From: Podarcis liolepis
Lineage: Eukaryota
Strand: one strand, 5' to 3'
Assembly: GCA_965112155.1 (NCBI GenBank)
Contig: OZ218115.1
Length of the DNA: 64,000 bases
Of this stretch, positions 43,601 through 57,046 are shown in pieces (the stretch's first letter is position 1; the number at the start of each line of letters is the position of its first letter). The notes below the pieces were generated by a model. It searched no databases and was not told the DNA's origin. It saw only the letters and a program-made list of their open reading frames with translations. Position numbers and translations under genes: made by a program.

Positions 43601-46467
43601 AGAAAAATGCTCTTTAGCCTATGATGGTTTAGAGCCCACTGATAATGTCTTGCAGCACAAACCCAACTGTGTCTACTGAGAAGTAAGTCCTATTGAATTC
43701 AGTGGGCTTACTCCCAGGCAAGTAGGGTTATGATTGCCGTTGTCCCATGGCTCCTTGTAACTTGTGGTACAACAGTCTACATGTCTGTCAGTCTGGAGAA
43801 GGAAGAATGTGGCTCTGACCTGCTTTCCAAGGAATTGGCTTCTTTAAATAGAGCATTGTTCTTCTGCAGGGGACGTTGCCTCTTTTGCTGGGAATGAACT
43901 GCAACCATTTCATCATGACATCACAGGGGAAGAGGAGCAGAGTGTTGCTTGATCCACAGCCAGGAGATCATGCTTTTGACTCAGATCTCTCAGGTCCGAG
44001 CTCAGCTTCTAGTTTAGCCATGGACTCACTGGGTGTGCTCAAGTATTTAAGTTTCTGTTATCCATCTGTAAAATGGGCATTGCCTGCTGATGTTGGGCAC
44101 AATGAGATCACCTACATAAATGTGCTCGCTCCTCTATCGGCACGTGCAGACCATCTTTTGAACCTAACCTTTAACCTTTTGCTCTCCGCTAAACCTGGAG
44201 AGCTTCTATACCAACAATGAACGCTGAACCAACCCTGAATTTGCTGAGTGTGAATCCTAACGTAACCAGAACAGCACCCTCTCCAAAGTGGGGGGTGTCA
44301 TTGGGTTTGGGGGAACCCCAAGGTTTGTGGAAGTGCAAACAATTATTTTGTTAGAAATCTCTAAGGGGTGGGGAAGCCAATCCAGCGCTCGTGCTACGGC
44401 ACCTCTCCTGCGCTGCCCTCCCTGCAGCCTTACCCTTCTCCCTCCAGTAAGCTCAGGGAGATGGCTGATGAGAGACCAGGGGCCACTGTTCTCCTTTCTG
44501 CCAGCCACCCTTGCCCCCAAACAGCCCAAGCTCCACTGAGCATGCTCAGTGACCGCAGAATGCCAGCAGAATGCTGGCAAAAATGGAAAGCTCAGGAGGG
44601 GAGAAACTCTGAACAGCAGTATTCCATGCTGCAAAACTTTGTTGCAGGTTCCGCTTTTTTAAAACTAATGTTGGCCCACCATTTTGGCATGCACGCCTCA
44701 GAGAAGGTCTGAAGCGGGGGCAGGGCTATGGCTCAGAGACCGAGAACATGTGTTGCATGCGGAAGGCTCCAGATGCAGACAACCAAGTAGCTGGTGGTAG
44801 AGGATCAGGCCCCTCGCTGCCAAAGTGCCAGTCAGAGCAGGTAATACTGGGTGGGCTCAATGGACTATGGTTGCTTCTACACTGTACCTTTAGAGCACAT
44901 TATTTCCCTCAAAGAATTTTGGGTGCTGTAGTTTGTTAAGGGTTTCTTGGAATTGTAACTCTGACGGATAAACCACAGCAGCCAAATCCCTTCTGAGGAA
45001 CAGAATGGGTTTTAAAGGTCAGTGTGCACACAGCCAAATAGTCCGGCCTGGTATCTAAGGAGGGTATAAAGCACAAACCAAGTCCTGTGAGGGGCCTGGC
45101 CCCTGTTCCTTGGGGTGCTTTGCCTCTCTAGTCATGGCCGGCCCACCCATGAGGCCGACTGCAGAGGTTGCCTCGGGAGGCAGAGTCCCAGTGGGGTGGG
45201 GCCCCACTGGAGAAGCGGGGAGAAATGGCTGCAGCGTTGGCTTCTGGTGAGATTTGGGCAGAACCCGCAAGCTGCCGTCACACCACCTCAGTAAGCGAGG
45301 CTTTGGCGGTGGAGGCCGGCCCCTTCTGCTTGGCCTCAGGCAGCGAAATGGGACGGGTCAGTCTGGCCTCCCGTGCACTGAGCCGAGTCAAGAGGGCCAG
45401 GCCAGAGTGCAAGCCTGGCCTCATGCTGGAACCAGGCCTACACCTCCACCGTCTCCCATGTGGGCACGGCGCATGTCCCGGGGTGCCACGCTGCATATGA
45501 AATGGCACCCTCAACGGTTCCCTTGGAGGGAGAACTTCAGCAGTTGCCACTTGTCCCCCAGTGCGGAGAGCCAGGTGGCCGTGCATGCTGCTCTTAAAGG
45601 CCGAAGCGAAAGCCCATCTGGGATCTCTGGGGCAGCAGTGAAGGGGGTGTGGGTGCTGCGGTTCTTACAGCTGTCCAGAGGAAGTATCTTGTTCCTCCAT
45701 TTCCACAAGACCGGCTGAAATTGTCCAGCTGTTTGAAAAAATCTAGGCAGCAGGTCTGGGGAAGGCCAGGGGTTGTGGTTGTGTGTCTGCATATGTGTGA
45801 GAGAGAACAAGGACACTAACGAGAGAAATCCTGCCCAGCTGGTGGCACCAGGGTCCAAGAACAAGGGCTTAATGCAGTGGAACGCCCCTCCTCCTGGCGT
45901 GAACTGCAGCCGGAAAGGCAGGCGAGAGGTGCTGCCTTCCGAGCCAAGCGCTCCGCTTGCCAGAGGGAGCGATGCCCAAAGAAGGGAATATCTGAGCTGT
46001 GGAGCATCGCTCTCCTGAGCCGCTGCCCTGGGTGCCAGCATCGCTTCTGTGCCAAGCCAGCCAAGTCGTCCCAGGAGAGCTAAACCCTAAGCTCACCTTG
46101 GCCTCTCTTAAGCTCTGACAGCCATCATTAGCAGGCTCCACAAATCCATGGCGCGAGGGGTCTGGGACTGGCGCCATCAGAGCTCGAGTCAGGCCTGCCG
46201 CGGAAGCCAGCAAGGGGGCACCCAAGGAAAGGGTCCGTCTGCAGGAGGCATCAGCGGGGCAGAGACTAGGGCTGTGCACATTTAAAGCACATGCCTTCCC
46301 CTCCAAAGAATTCTGGGAACTGTAGTGTACCCTTCACGGAGCTACAAATCCCAGCAACCCTGAACAAACTGTCTCTTGGGATGTTTTGGGGCCACGTTTT
46401 TTAAAGTTGCTTTAAATGCAGGATGTATGCAGCCTAGCATTCTGATGCACAAACAATACCTCTAAAT

Positions 46468-47250
46468 TAAGGTTACCAGGTTTTTTCCAAAGAATCTAGG
46501 GACAGTTTTTTTTAAAAAAAGAGAAAAAAATTATTTAAAAAATATATTTTTAAAAAGAGTAGTAGTATCTTCTCTTCTGTGGTCTCCTCTGTTGCGCAGC
46601 CTTCCTCTGGGCCTCGGCCTGCTGTCTTGGAGTGCTAGCTGCCATGGAGAAGGCTCGGGTCAGGCCTGGGCTCGGCCATGTGCCCTTGCCCTCCCGGTGC
46701 TCTCCTCCTCATGGCAGCGGCACGGCAAGGTCAGGGCTCTCCTCTATTTTCTCCTTCCTCTTCCTTCTCCTCTCCTCCTTCTCCCTGCGTCGGCTGTGCG
46801 TTTTTACTGGCCCCGGAGCGCCGCTGGGCAGTCAGCCGGTTGGCTGGGCGCTCTGGCTCTCGGCTTGATTTGGGTCGCGGGGTGTGTGTGTCAGCAGTTC
46901 CCTCAGTTGACGCGCTGGGTGTCCCCAGTCCCCCCCCCCTGGTGGTGGCAGTGCTTCTCAGCAGCCTGGAGCCAGCCTGGTAGCGCAGTTGGCTCTGGCT
47001 GGCTTCAGGAGCTGTTCGCTGCCATGGTGCCCGCCATTTTGCCTCACCGGAAATCCCCTTATGATGTGTCTTATGCCATAGAACCAATCACACAACATTC
47101 ATTGCCTACTAATAAATCTACAACATTTAAAATATAAATCCGGGGACATTAGATGAAATCTGGGGACATTCTGGGGATGGATTTTGTCCGGGGACAGATT
47201 TGTAAATCCGGAGACTGTTCCTGGGAAAATGGGGACGTCTGGTAATCATA
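46468..47250. mobile_element. Non-autonomous hAT element (783 bp) with GC-rich interior
   Basis: Ends TAAGGTTACCAG / CTGGTAATCATA; repeated GGGGACA subterminal motifs; perfect 8-bp TSD CTCTAAAT. Confidence 0.85.
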
Positions 47251-50200
47251 CTCTAAATTAACCTCCAGTACAGCTCGTAAGCAAAGTGTCAAAGTATAAT
47301 TAAAACGGGATTTCTTTTTAGCGCTCAAATATCTTCATGGGTAGTATTTTGGTCATTCGTAGCACAGCCCTGTGAGGCTGGTCAGTTTTATCATTCCCCT
47401 TTGGGCAGATGAAGGAGTGAGAAATCAGGTTAGGCCTAAGGTGGAGCTGGGGGTACTTGCGCTATACTACAGTTGCAGAGTAAAGCAGGGGGTTTGTAAG
47501 CAGCTGTTGCAAAGTCTGCCCTGGAAGGCACAGAAAGTTGTTGGGGTGGTGGGAGAGAGGAGGACATAAAAGAGATCTTACAGTGGCTCCTTCAGCCTTG
47601 GAGTGAACCTGGTTTTGCAACTGAAGTGACAAATGTGCATCTTGGAGCACTGAACGCTGACTCGTCCATCAGTCATGCTCCCTTTGTCAATCCTTCAAGC
47701 AGATTGCCCCTTCTATTTTATTTCAACATCAAAAGCAACAAGAGGAGGAATGTAGCAACAATGAAAGCCAAAAGCCATTCTTCTGGGAATTGGGGGCTTG
47801 AGGGTGGGAGAGGGGTTTTGGGATGATTGGTATTAGCCAATTGGGAGCCGGCCTAGCTGGCTTTTGCTGTAATAATGTCGTTCAGAGCTCAGCCTCCGGG
47901 AAGGGAATTACACTTGGACCGAACAAAATCCAGGAGCTTCTAAGTTTGCTCTTGCAAAAATGTCATGTCTGCCTTTGATCTTCTTTCCTGACTCCTTTCC
48001 AGAACACGTTTTGACAAGGCCAAGAATTGGAATCCAAACTTTTTTCCTTATGTTTATATTTCTCTCTCTTTCCCCACAAAGACTTGTTGCCTTGCTGCCT
48101 CCCTGGTAGTTTACTCACATTGCAGACCCCAATACAGGACCAGCCCAGCTCCAACTCCCAGCAGCCCCAACTAGAATGGGCAATGGCCAGGGATGATGAG
48201 AGCTGCACACATCACCTGGAGAACGCCAGGCTGGCTCAGGCTGATCTAAATGAAGGGGGCACCACTGTTCCAGAGATCACAATGCAAGCCCAGGCAACCT
48301 TTGGCTCCCCAGACCGGACTAAACTACAATTCCCATCTCCCCTGGCCATTGGCTATGCTTGCTGCTGCCGATAGGAATTGTAGTTCTGCAACATCTGCAG
48401 GGCCACAGCTTCCCCACACCTGGCATAAAGGATGGATGCTCTTTCTGTCAGATGCAGCCCTGGTCTTCCTGGATCTGGGTGTGGGAAGTGGACGTCTCAT
48501 TACAGGCTGTTTTAACACACAGCTGTGTTCTTGGAATACGGTGAAGTCTGTGTTTAATTTTTATAGGTGCCTAGAGAAAGGACTGCATGTCACCCCTGCC
48601 ATTCCCAGCCCCCGTTCCTCCTAAGTGAGTCAGGCCAATTTTAATTTGCTTACTGGGTTTATTTCATGGCATTAATCCACGTTGCCTTTTAAAACAAAAA
48701 GAAGGCAGTAGTCAACCACCAGAGGAAATTCATGCTAAGTATATCTGGTTCAACGAAGAGGAGTGCTGCCACACAGCCAAGCTGGGCCAGGACCTTCTTA
48801 TTGCTGCCACGGCAAATGTCCCTGGTGTTTTGCTCTGCCTGCCCAAGGAACCAGGACTCCTGGGCTCCCCCCCCCCCCGGATTATGCATTGAGCAGGTGG
48901 GGCAGGCAGCTGTGGTTGGGGAAATGTTGCCTCTGACCAATTTCTTCCCTCCCTCTCTCTGTACTGTCAGAGAGCCCTCCCAGCATCTGCCCTGCTGTGG
49001 CTTTTTTGACTTCCTCTGTGCCAGAGAGCTGAGGAAGCTTTGCTGCTTGCTCTCTGCCAGCTAGGTGGAACCAGCTTGCAGCAAGTTGAATGCGGCAGGA
49101 GGTTTTTTTGGAGGGGGCGGTGGAAGCTGCTCGCTTGCTCAGTCCATGAGCAGCAGCTCTGCCCCCAGTGTTCACAGTTGCCAATAATATTCACACATGA
49201 GAGGGGTTCACAGCTCGCTGAAAGCCACTCTGCAACCTGCAACCTGTTTCTGTACATTCCCACAGTTCACAAAAGGATGGGGAATCTACACCTTCCAGAT
49301 GCTGAGTCAAATCCTCATCAGAACCAGCAAACATGACTGATGGTCACGGATGATAGGAAGTGTAGTCCTGCAGCCTTTCTCAACCTGTGGGTCACCAGGT
49401 GTTGTTGAACTACAACTCCCATGATCCCAACCTCACAGGACCAGTGGTCAGGGATGATGGGAACTGTAGGCCAAAAACATCTGGGGACCCAAGGTTGAGA
49501 AAGGCTGGGATGATCACAACCTCCTCATCTTTTTATTTGGTAGGAGGATAATTAATTTTTCTGAGTGTAGCAGCACCTGATCATTCTCTCCATGCAATAA
49601 AGAATACTTCTCCTGCTGACTGACTGCTGTTAAGGACACGGGAGCATGCCAGACTGATATTTTTAAAAAAGAAAATTTATGGTCAGTTGACAATCCTACT
49701 CAGTGGTAGAAAATGCACCCTGCAGGCGCTTGCTTCTTTCAAGGGAGCCTTGGCGTTTCATGAGCAAAGGCCTGCTGGAGGGCAGAACCTTCCTCACTCT
49801 CCTGCAAAGCACTGCCTCACTTTGCATTGTAGGCAGAGGAAGGCTCTTCCCCCCCCCCCTTGCCTTAGGCTAAGGGTTTTCCAGGAAGGGTGTGAGCTTA
49901 CAGCAGCCATGCAGATTGCTCAACAGGTTATTGTGGCAGCTCTGCAGTGATTCAGGCGCCTATCTTGCAGAGTTCAGCAACAGCTGCCAAAGTTGTCCTT
50001 CAAGTCAGCCCAAGCCCCGCTGGCGCCTGCAGATTGCGAGTGTGTTTAAGGCAAACAGTGTTTCAGCCCTAGACACCAACAGGGACACCAGGGATTTCTC
50101 CTGTGCAAGCCAGTTAATTGACCATACATTGAGTGTGCACAGGAGAATTTCCAAGGGGTTGTCTCCCAAACTAGGTGTCCTAAATCAGCGGTGGCCCTCC

Positions 50201-52252
50201 AAATGCTGCTGGACTCCCAACTCCCATCATCCCTGACCACTGGGCCAAGGCTGGCTGGGGCTGATAGGAGTTGTAGTCCAACAACATGCAGAGGGCCAGA
50301 GATTCCTTACCACTGCCAATCCAGGGTTAGAGTAATCTATATGCTGACTCTAAGAGACATAAGGCAGCTTCACAGTATTTTACAAGCTTCCATAAGATAC
50401 ACATTCAGGACCCACATAGGAATTCCTCTCTCCCACCCACTTCAGTCCCATTCTAATTCAAAATGTATGAAAATATGAAACTCCCACAACCCTGACTTTC
50501 TGTCCAGTATGTGTTGCTTTGCAAGATCTGTGATGGACAAAGGACCTTTGTTGGGAAGGAAACAGCATTTTCCACTTTTAAAAAAATGTTTCCATATGAA
50601 GATGTCCTCCTTTTAGGATTGTGTGTGTTGTATTTGGTAACTAGGGTGTCCTGGGCAAGATGGGCATGGGACATTTCAGGCTTCTAGATGGGGAAGCACT
50701 CGAACAGGCTTTTGGTAGACCCTGTGCATGTTCCAGTTCCAGACATCTTTCTGCATGATAATAGAGAAAGCATTGATTTGAAAATTCTATAAAATCAAGG
50801 AGAAAGAGCGCCTCATCTTCCATCAAGAGTTCTGTAACAAGCCGTTCTAGAACAGTGTTTGAAGTGGTGAATCATCATCTGACTTAAAACAGGGGGGAAA
50901 GTAATTTCTATACCTTAAAAAAGAGAGTGCTGTAACAATGGGTAGATTGAGCAAGCAGCTCAGAAACAGAGCCACAAACCATAAACTCCACTGCAGAATG
51001 CTTGGTTGTTTTATCAGGGTATCTGAGGTCAAGATGAATGGGCTCCGCTCTGCTCCCTGGCAAAAAATATTCCACAACCCTTTTATTAAAAGCATATTTG
51101 AAATGAAAGTTCAGGTGCCAATTTAGCCTGGTTTGGTGGTGCCAGGACTTACTTTGATTTGGACACCACTTTGCCATTGTGGGGACCGTTTACTAAAGAT
51201 CAGAAATATGGTGAGCAAGCAGTAAAGTGGATTTGTTGGTGTTTTCTCTTTCCCAAGCTTCCCAAAAATAGCAGTAAAGCATAATACACTGAAAAGCAGG
51301 TCACAGAGCTGGAGCCAAAGCCAAAGCCCATTCGGTACCAGCCTGAGCAGACTTCCAGACAACTTGTTCACTGAGCATTCACCCTGATTTGTTTGCAGGG
51401 AAATTAAAGGGTCAAAGCAAGTGTTTTCCCCTCACTCTCCAGCACTTTCCTTATCATGAAAAGTGAAGTCTTTGGGGGGAGCAGGTTTGTTGCACAAGAC
51501 CTTGAAAACAACTTTAATTGTGCAGCCTGAAATTTGCCAGGATGCAGACACACCCCAGGACTCTTACCAGAACAGAAACCTTGGGGCCTTAGGAACCTAG
51601 GAAGTTGCCTTATACTGAGTCAGATCACTAGGTCCATCTAGCAGACACTGAATCAGACACCTAGCATGGGTTCCCGGTGCCCGGGTGCACGCACTGGAGG
51701 GGTATGCATGTGCCAAGGGGCGGGGCGCAGAGGGTGAAGGATCCCACTGTGGCACACCAGAGTTCAGCAGGGCTGTGCTGCACCACCTACCCACCCATGC
51801 AAGGGGGAGCCAGCCAACGCGGCACTTGGTGGGGGCAAAGTAAGTGCCCCCACGCTGGCACCCCCAGCGCGGCCTGGCCTGCTGCTCCTCTCTGCATGTG
51901 TTGCTTGGGTTGCCATACGTCCAGAATTTCCCAGACGTACCTGAAATACTGCGGTCGGAAGCAGTGTCCAGGCAGAAATCATCAAAATGGGAAAATCCAG
52001 ACGTACGGCAATCCATGTCAGCAGTGTCATTTTTGCCAGCTTTCCTTTAAAACAGCTCCACGACTAAGAAAGCTCAACAACTTTGGCCCAAAAGGGTGGG
52101 GGGAGCTCAACACTTTTATGGCCACCCTAAGCATTGCTTCCTCTGATGCCAGGAGAAGGGCCCTGGAGGCACCTGTGTTATACCCAGTCAAAAATCCGTG
52201 CTTCTTGGCCACAGCCCTGCTGGCACCCCCCCCCCCCCGCTATGCCCCGCCA

Positions 52253-52375
52253 CTGACTGGTAGCAGCTTGGCAGGGTCCATTCCCTGTCCTACCTGGAGG
52301 TGCCACTGGGGTTTGAACCTGGGACCTTCTGCATGCAAGGCAGCCGCTCTACCCCTGAGCTGTGGCCCTTCCCCT
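52253..52375 (-). mobile_element. tRNA(Ala-like)-derived SINE head; the matching tail probably lies at 51590-51660, separated by later insertions
   Basis: AGCTCAGGGGTAGAGC...TTGCATGCAGAAGGTCCCAGGTTCAAACCCC on the minus strand; related copies at ~12340, 24670 and 44720. Confidence 0.65.
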
Positions 52376-52449
52376 GGGAACTTGGTGCTGAGCTCTTTGC
52401 TGCATGCTTGGTGGCAAGCCAGGAAACAGCAGGGTGCAAAGATGTGAAA

Positions 52450-53799
52450 ATAAAACCCCAAGGTGGTTGTCACCAATGGAGGCAAAGGCTCAGAAAAAGC
52501 TCAATATGGAGGCCAAGTGGCCGAAATATTGGGAAATTTTGGAGCAGGAAGGGGACAAATTGAAATTGCAGAGTTTTGAGAAATTAAAAGATAAAGTGCG
52601 AGACTGGCTTCACTATTACCAATTAAGAGAGACCTTTAATCTAGATAAAAAAAATGGCTTCCAGGTGGAAAAATCAAAGTTGGAAACAGAACTGTTAGAT
52701 CCTAAAACAAAGATACTTTCAAGAATGTATAACTTGCTGTTAAAATGGGACACTCAGGATGAGATGGTTAAATCTGCTATGATTAAATGGGCACAAGATG
52801 TTGGACATAACATTATGTTTGCTGACTGGGAACAGTTGTGGACCAAAGGTATAAAATTTACGGCATGTAATGCCCTAAGGGAAAATATTATGAAAATGAT
52901 CTATAGGTGGTACATGACCCCAGTCAAGCTTGCAAAAATCTATCATTTGCCCGAAAATAAATGTTGGAAATGTAAAGAGACTGAAGGTACATTCTTTCAC
53001 CTTTGGTGGACGTGCCCAAAGATTAAGGCTTTCTGGGAGATGATCTATAATGAAATGAAAAAGGTATTTAAATATACGTTCCTTAAGAAACCAGAGGCCT
53101 TTCTCTTGGGCATAGTCGGCCAATTGGTGCCAAAGAAGGACATAACTTTTTTTATGTATGCAACAACAGCAGCAAGAATACTCATCGCAAAGTATTGGAA
53201 GACACAAGATCTACCCACCCTGGAAGAATGGCAGATGAAGGTGATAGAGTACATGGAATTGGCAGAAATGACTGGTAGAATCCGAGACCAGGGAGAAGAG
53301 GCGGTGGAAGAAGAATGGAAAAAATTTAAAGCCTATCTACAGAAATACTGTAAAATTAATGAATGTTAAAGGGACGTTGGATTGAAAATAAGCGGTGTTG
53401 GTTAAAAGATTAATAAGTATATGTAAATATGGATTGACAATGGTGGAAAATATATATTTATTATAGGTTAAGATGTTGAATAAGGATAAATGATAGAGGG
53501 TAAGGATTTGCTGAACTAAATATCTGAACTGGAATACAAAAAGGGAGGTGTGAGGAGGTCAAGAAACTAGTGAATGAAGTATAAGACATGAAAATACTAT
53601 TTTTTTTTCTGTTTTGCTTTTTGGTGTTTTTTCTTCTTTTTCTTTTTCTATTCTGTTAACTGTTTTTTATTGTGTACTGTTATGTGTTTTGTATTTTTTC
53701 TTTTTTGGTAGCTTTTTTTTTGGTTTTTGTATTTTATGTTTAAATTTTGAAGCTTTTGATTGTTTATGAAATTTTAATAAATATTATTATAAAAAAAAA
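52450..53799 (+). mobile_element. 5'-truncated L1 LINE (ORF2 C-terminus and 3'UTR)
   Basis: Frame open to 53369 with Cys-rich motif CWKC...GTFFHLWWTCPKI; AATAAA and A tail; TSD CAAAGA(T/C)GTGAAA at 52437-52449 and 53800-53812. Confidence 0.9.
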
Positions 53800-55872
53800 C
53801 AAAGACGTGAAACCTGCCAGCTCATAGCTAGGCACACTGAAGTTTCCCCTGCAGGGTAGAGGCCTCTGTGCTGTGCACAGGTAGAGCCGCTGGCCATAAT
53901 GAACCACAGGCAGCTGCAGCCTCAGCACCTCCACCACCAGCCTGCTTATTAAACTGTCAGCTACTGAGTTCCCACAGTGGTGTGAGCTCAGATCACAGCC
54001 ATACTGTGCCTCTTTCCGCTGTAGCAGAATGAGATCGTTTAAAAATAGGTTTAGTGAGTACATCAAACCATATATTCGCACATGAAACCAGAATAGACAG
54101 AGCTTAACTCCCAGGGCTTTGGCAAAGTGCTTGAGATTGGCTGACTTGCAAATGAGTGGCCAGGAGCCTTAGCATTCATGTTCTGGGTAGCTGGGCAATC
54201 CTCCACAGCCACCAGTGCTTTGAGAAGGCGAAGCCACGTGGAGGGAGACAGTTTGCTCTGGAGGGAGCACATGCAAGGCGAGGATGAACTAAGTGCTACA
54301 TCCCAAGGGGTAGAAAACTGGGAGCAGAGTTTGAGGGATTGGACATCTTCTGCAGAAGCATCTCCTGCTTATGTCCTTGCACGCATATGTAAAAAGAAAG
54401 CAAATACTGCAAATACATTTCAGCAGTTCACTAAGTCCTGCACTGTTGGGTGTGTGTGTGGGGGGGGGTTTACTTCTCATCATATAGGGGTTGCCTCCCA
54501 GATGTTAGGACTCCCAATTGTCTCTGACTACTGGTTCTACTGTCAAGGGCTGATGGGATTCCAACAACATCTGGAGGGGGCCCCTGACTTGGAGGGAATG
54601 TAATTGGGGTTGCAAGCTAGCAGCGCTGAACTCTGTGCCAAGATAATCAAGTTATAGACCCCCCCTCCCCATCTCAATTATACAAATATGCAAGTTTTCT
54701 TACCTTGCATAATTTTCATTTTGCAACTTGGGGGAAAGTAATGACATTATAAGCAGTGAAGCCCCCACCCCCACATTCAGCTATGCGAAGGCTTCCGAGA
54801 TTTCAGCAACCTTTGCCCGCATATTATTAAGCGTTATCTTTGCAATCAAAGAAGACAGAAAGTTGCTTCCCCTCTCCTCAAAATGGAAAACCACCAAACT
54901 CTCTGCCAAACGCTACATTCCACATTATTTCCCCCACTTCCACAGAATTGCAGCATATACACAACCCTGCTATTAGGGGGACGCATATATGGTGAACGAG
55001 CACCGCTCCACCCTAGAGAGCCAGCATGGAATGTTGGTTGGTTGTAGGCCTCGCTTACAATTACAGCTGAGCAAGGGCACTTCTGGACTGAATCCCACCC
55101 CAAAATAGAGACAACCACACGCCAGTAAATTCTTATTGGGCAATCACAGTGGACTGGGAAGTTTTGCACAACAACCCCACTTCCTCAAACGACTGGCCTT
55201 TTTGCATTAAGGGATGTAATGGGAAAGTGCACTGGAAAGTGTGGGGCAGCACTTGCTTTGATGCAACAGCATTTAACTTCCCCAGAAACCAATTAGGACA
55301 AATGCTTAAAAATAAAAAAAATCAGGCCACCTGGAAGCACCCTAAGAGTAGAGAGACGAGCTAGTCATGCTTATTGTCAGGAAGAGAAAATGCACAGGCT
55401 TTTAAACAAAAATGACCAATTGTTATTTTTCCCCCTGTAGTCCTTTTCACTAGCAGGCACAGGTTTCTCTGTACCAAATATGACGCTTCTCCCTCCCCCA
55501 CCCCCCCAAAAAATCCACACTCATTTCCATTCTACTTCATACCCTCAGCCTCCCTGAGTGTTTCTGCCAAGCTGGCCTGCATCCTTGAACTCTGCCACTT
55601 GGATGCCTAGATGAAGAAGAGTGTTGGTAGAAAGCAGCCTCCCATACAAAGGGTGAAAATGTGTTTATTTCTCCACCCACCTTTGCCTGTTGTCCCACCC
55701 ACCACTTACAGGTAGCCCCTGGATAGTTGCACAGCTGGGATTGTGGCCCACAATCAATTATAATTCCCCCCCCCAACTGCCATGCAAGCTCAGTTAAGCA
55801 GAAACAACACTGCTGAACCCTGTCCTTTAAGCGTCCTGTCCTCGCATCAAGGGAACAGCCCTACAGGCTGCC

Positions 55873-56060
55873 CATATCTGTCAACTTTCAGATTTGAAAA
55901 TAAGGGATCGGCAGCCTCAAAAAGAAAGGAACAGCAGCCTCACCTGTCTCGGGGACAATCTACAGGATATTTAACAATCTGGGATAGCAGTGGGAAGCAG
56001 CGGGAAAAGGCGCTGGAATAAGGGAATTTTCCGCAAAAAAGGGGAAGGTTGACAGCTATG
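55873..56060. mobile_element. hAT MITE (188 bp)
   Basis: TIR CATA(T/G)CTGTCAAC; perfect 8-bp TSD AGGCTGCC. Confidence 0.88.
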
Positions 56061-57002
56061 AGGCTGCCATAATGCTCAAACTAAACATGGGAGACCCATG
56101 CTTCTCTCTTTGATGCTTAAATGTGTTTCAATGCTATTCCATTTCCCTCCATGGAGCTCAAGGAGCAGCATACGTTATTATTTCTTGTACCCTCTTCAGT
56201 TTCCGCCCGTTTATTTTGCTCAATAAGTACTGAATTTTGCTCAGTTGGCCTGGAAAAGGGGGGGACAAAAAGCAAGAATGGAAAGGGCCAAAAGGACATT
56301 TACTGAAGAAATCATGGAGTAGGAAATGCACTAAGGCCCATTTTGATTGTGGCGAATACTGATCACAGTTAAAATTTGAACACAAAACTTTAGCAGAGCG
56401 CTATTGTTTAGTTCTAGAGAAACGCAAGGAAGATTTTGAACCACAACTACCTTCTGGTCTAGGTGGGATGTTTGAGAAATACTTGCTGCATTCTAAGCTA
56501 ATGATTTTCAAAGTGTTCCTAGTAACCCAGGAGTTTCATCCTAAGAGTAGCAAGGGACTCTCCTAGGGGGAGGTTGCCCACCAGACCTCTGGGGCTGTGC
56601 AGCCATTAAGCACCTTAGAGCAGCCTTGCTGGCTCCGCTCCAAGACCCATCTAGTCTAGCATCTTGTTTGCACAGCAGCTAAGCAGGTGCCCAAAAGAAG
56701 CCTGTGAACAGGACCTGAGCCCAACAGCATCCTCCGCCTCCAGAGTTTCTAGCAAGCAGTGTGCAAAAGCATCTTGCCTCCAACCGTTGAGCCGCTATCG
56801 CCAGCAGCCATTGATAGGATTCCACAAACTCATGGGGGAGAAGGCTCCATAGTAACTATGTGCTGTGAGAAGGACTTCAGCTTCACTGGATGCTCAGGAG
56901 TCCTAGTGTTATGAGGGGGTGGGGGCAACCCTTGTGCACCAAGTTCAGAATCCTTTGCTAGATAAAGCCATGGGCAGCTATTAGGGAGAGAGATAATGAT
57001 GT

Positions 57003-57046
57003 TAAAAGGCGAAAGATTTATACGATCTGAAGAGAAACCAGAGTAT
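57003..57046 (-). pseudogene. 3'-truncated U5 snRNA retrocopy, nt 1-44
   Basis: ATACTCTGGTTTCTCTTCAGATCGTATAAATCTTTCGCCTTTTA, ending in loop I; no Sm site. Confidence 0.88.

Noticed and set aside
45050-46310. GC-rich stretch with several 100-176 aa ORFs
   Set aside because: No recognisable domains, and ORFs occur on both strands without a consistent exon structure.
52404-53369. 321-aa ORF as a host gene
   Set aside because: It is the C-terminus of L1 ORF2 in a TSD-flanked truncated insertion; its annotated start lies in flanking DNA.
26299-57046. U5 matches (26299-26329 and 57003-57046) as functional snRNA genes
   Set aside because: Only 31 and 44 nt long, with no Sm site or 3' stem-loop, so they are pseudogenes.
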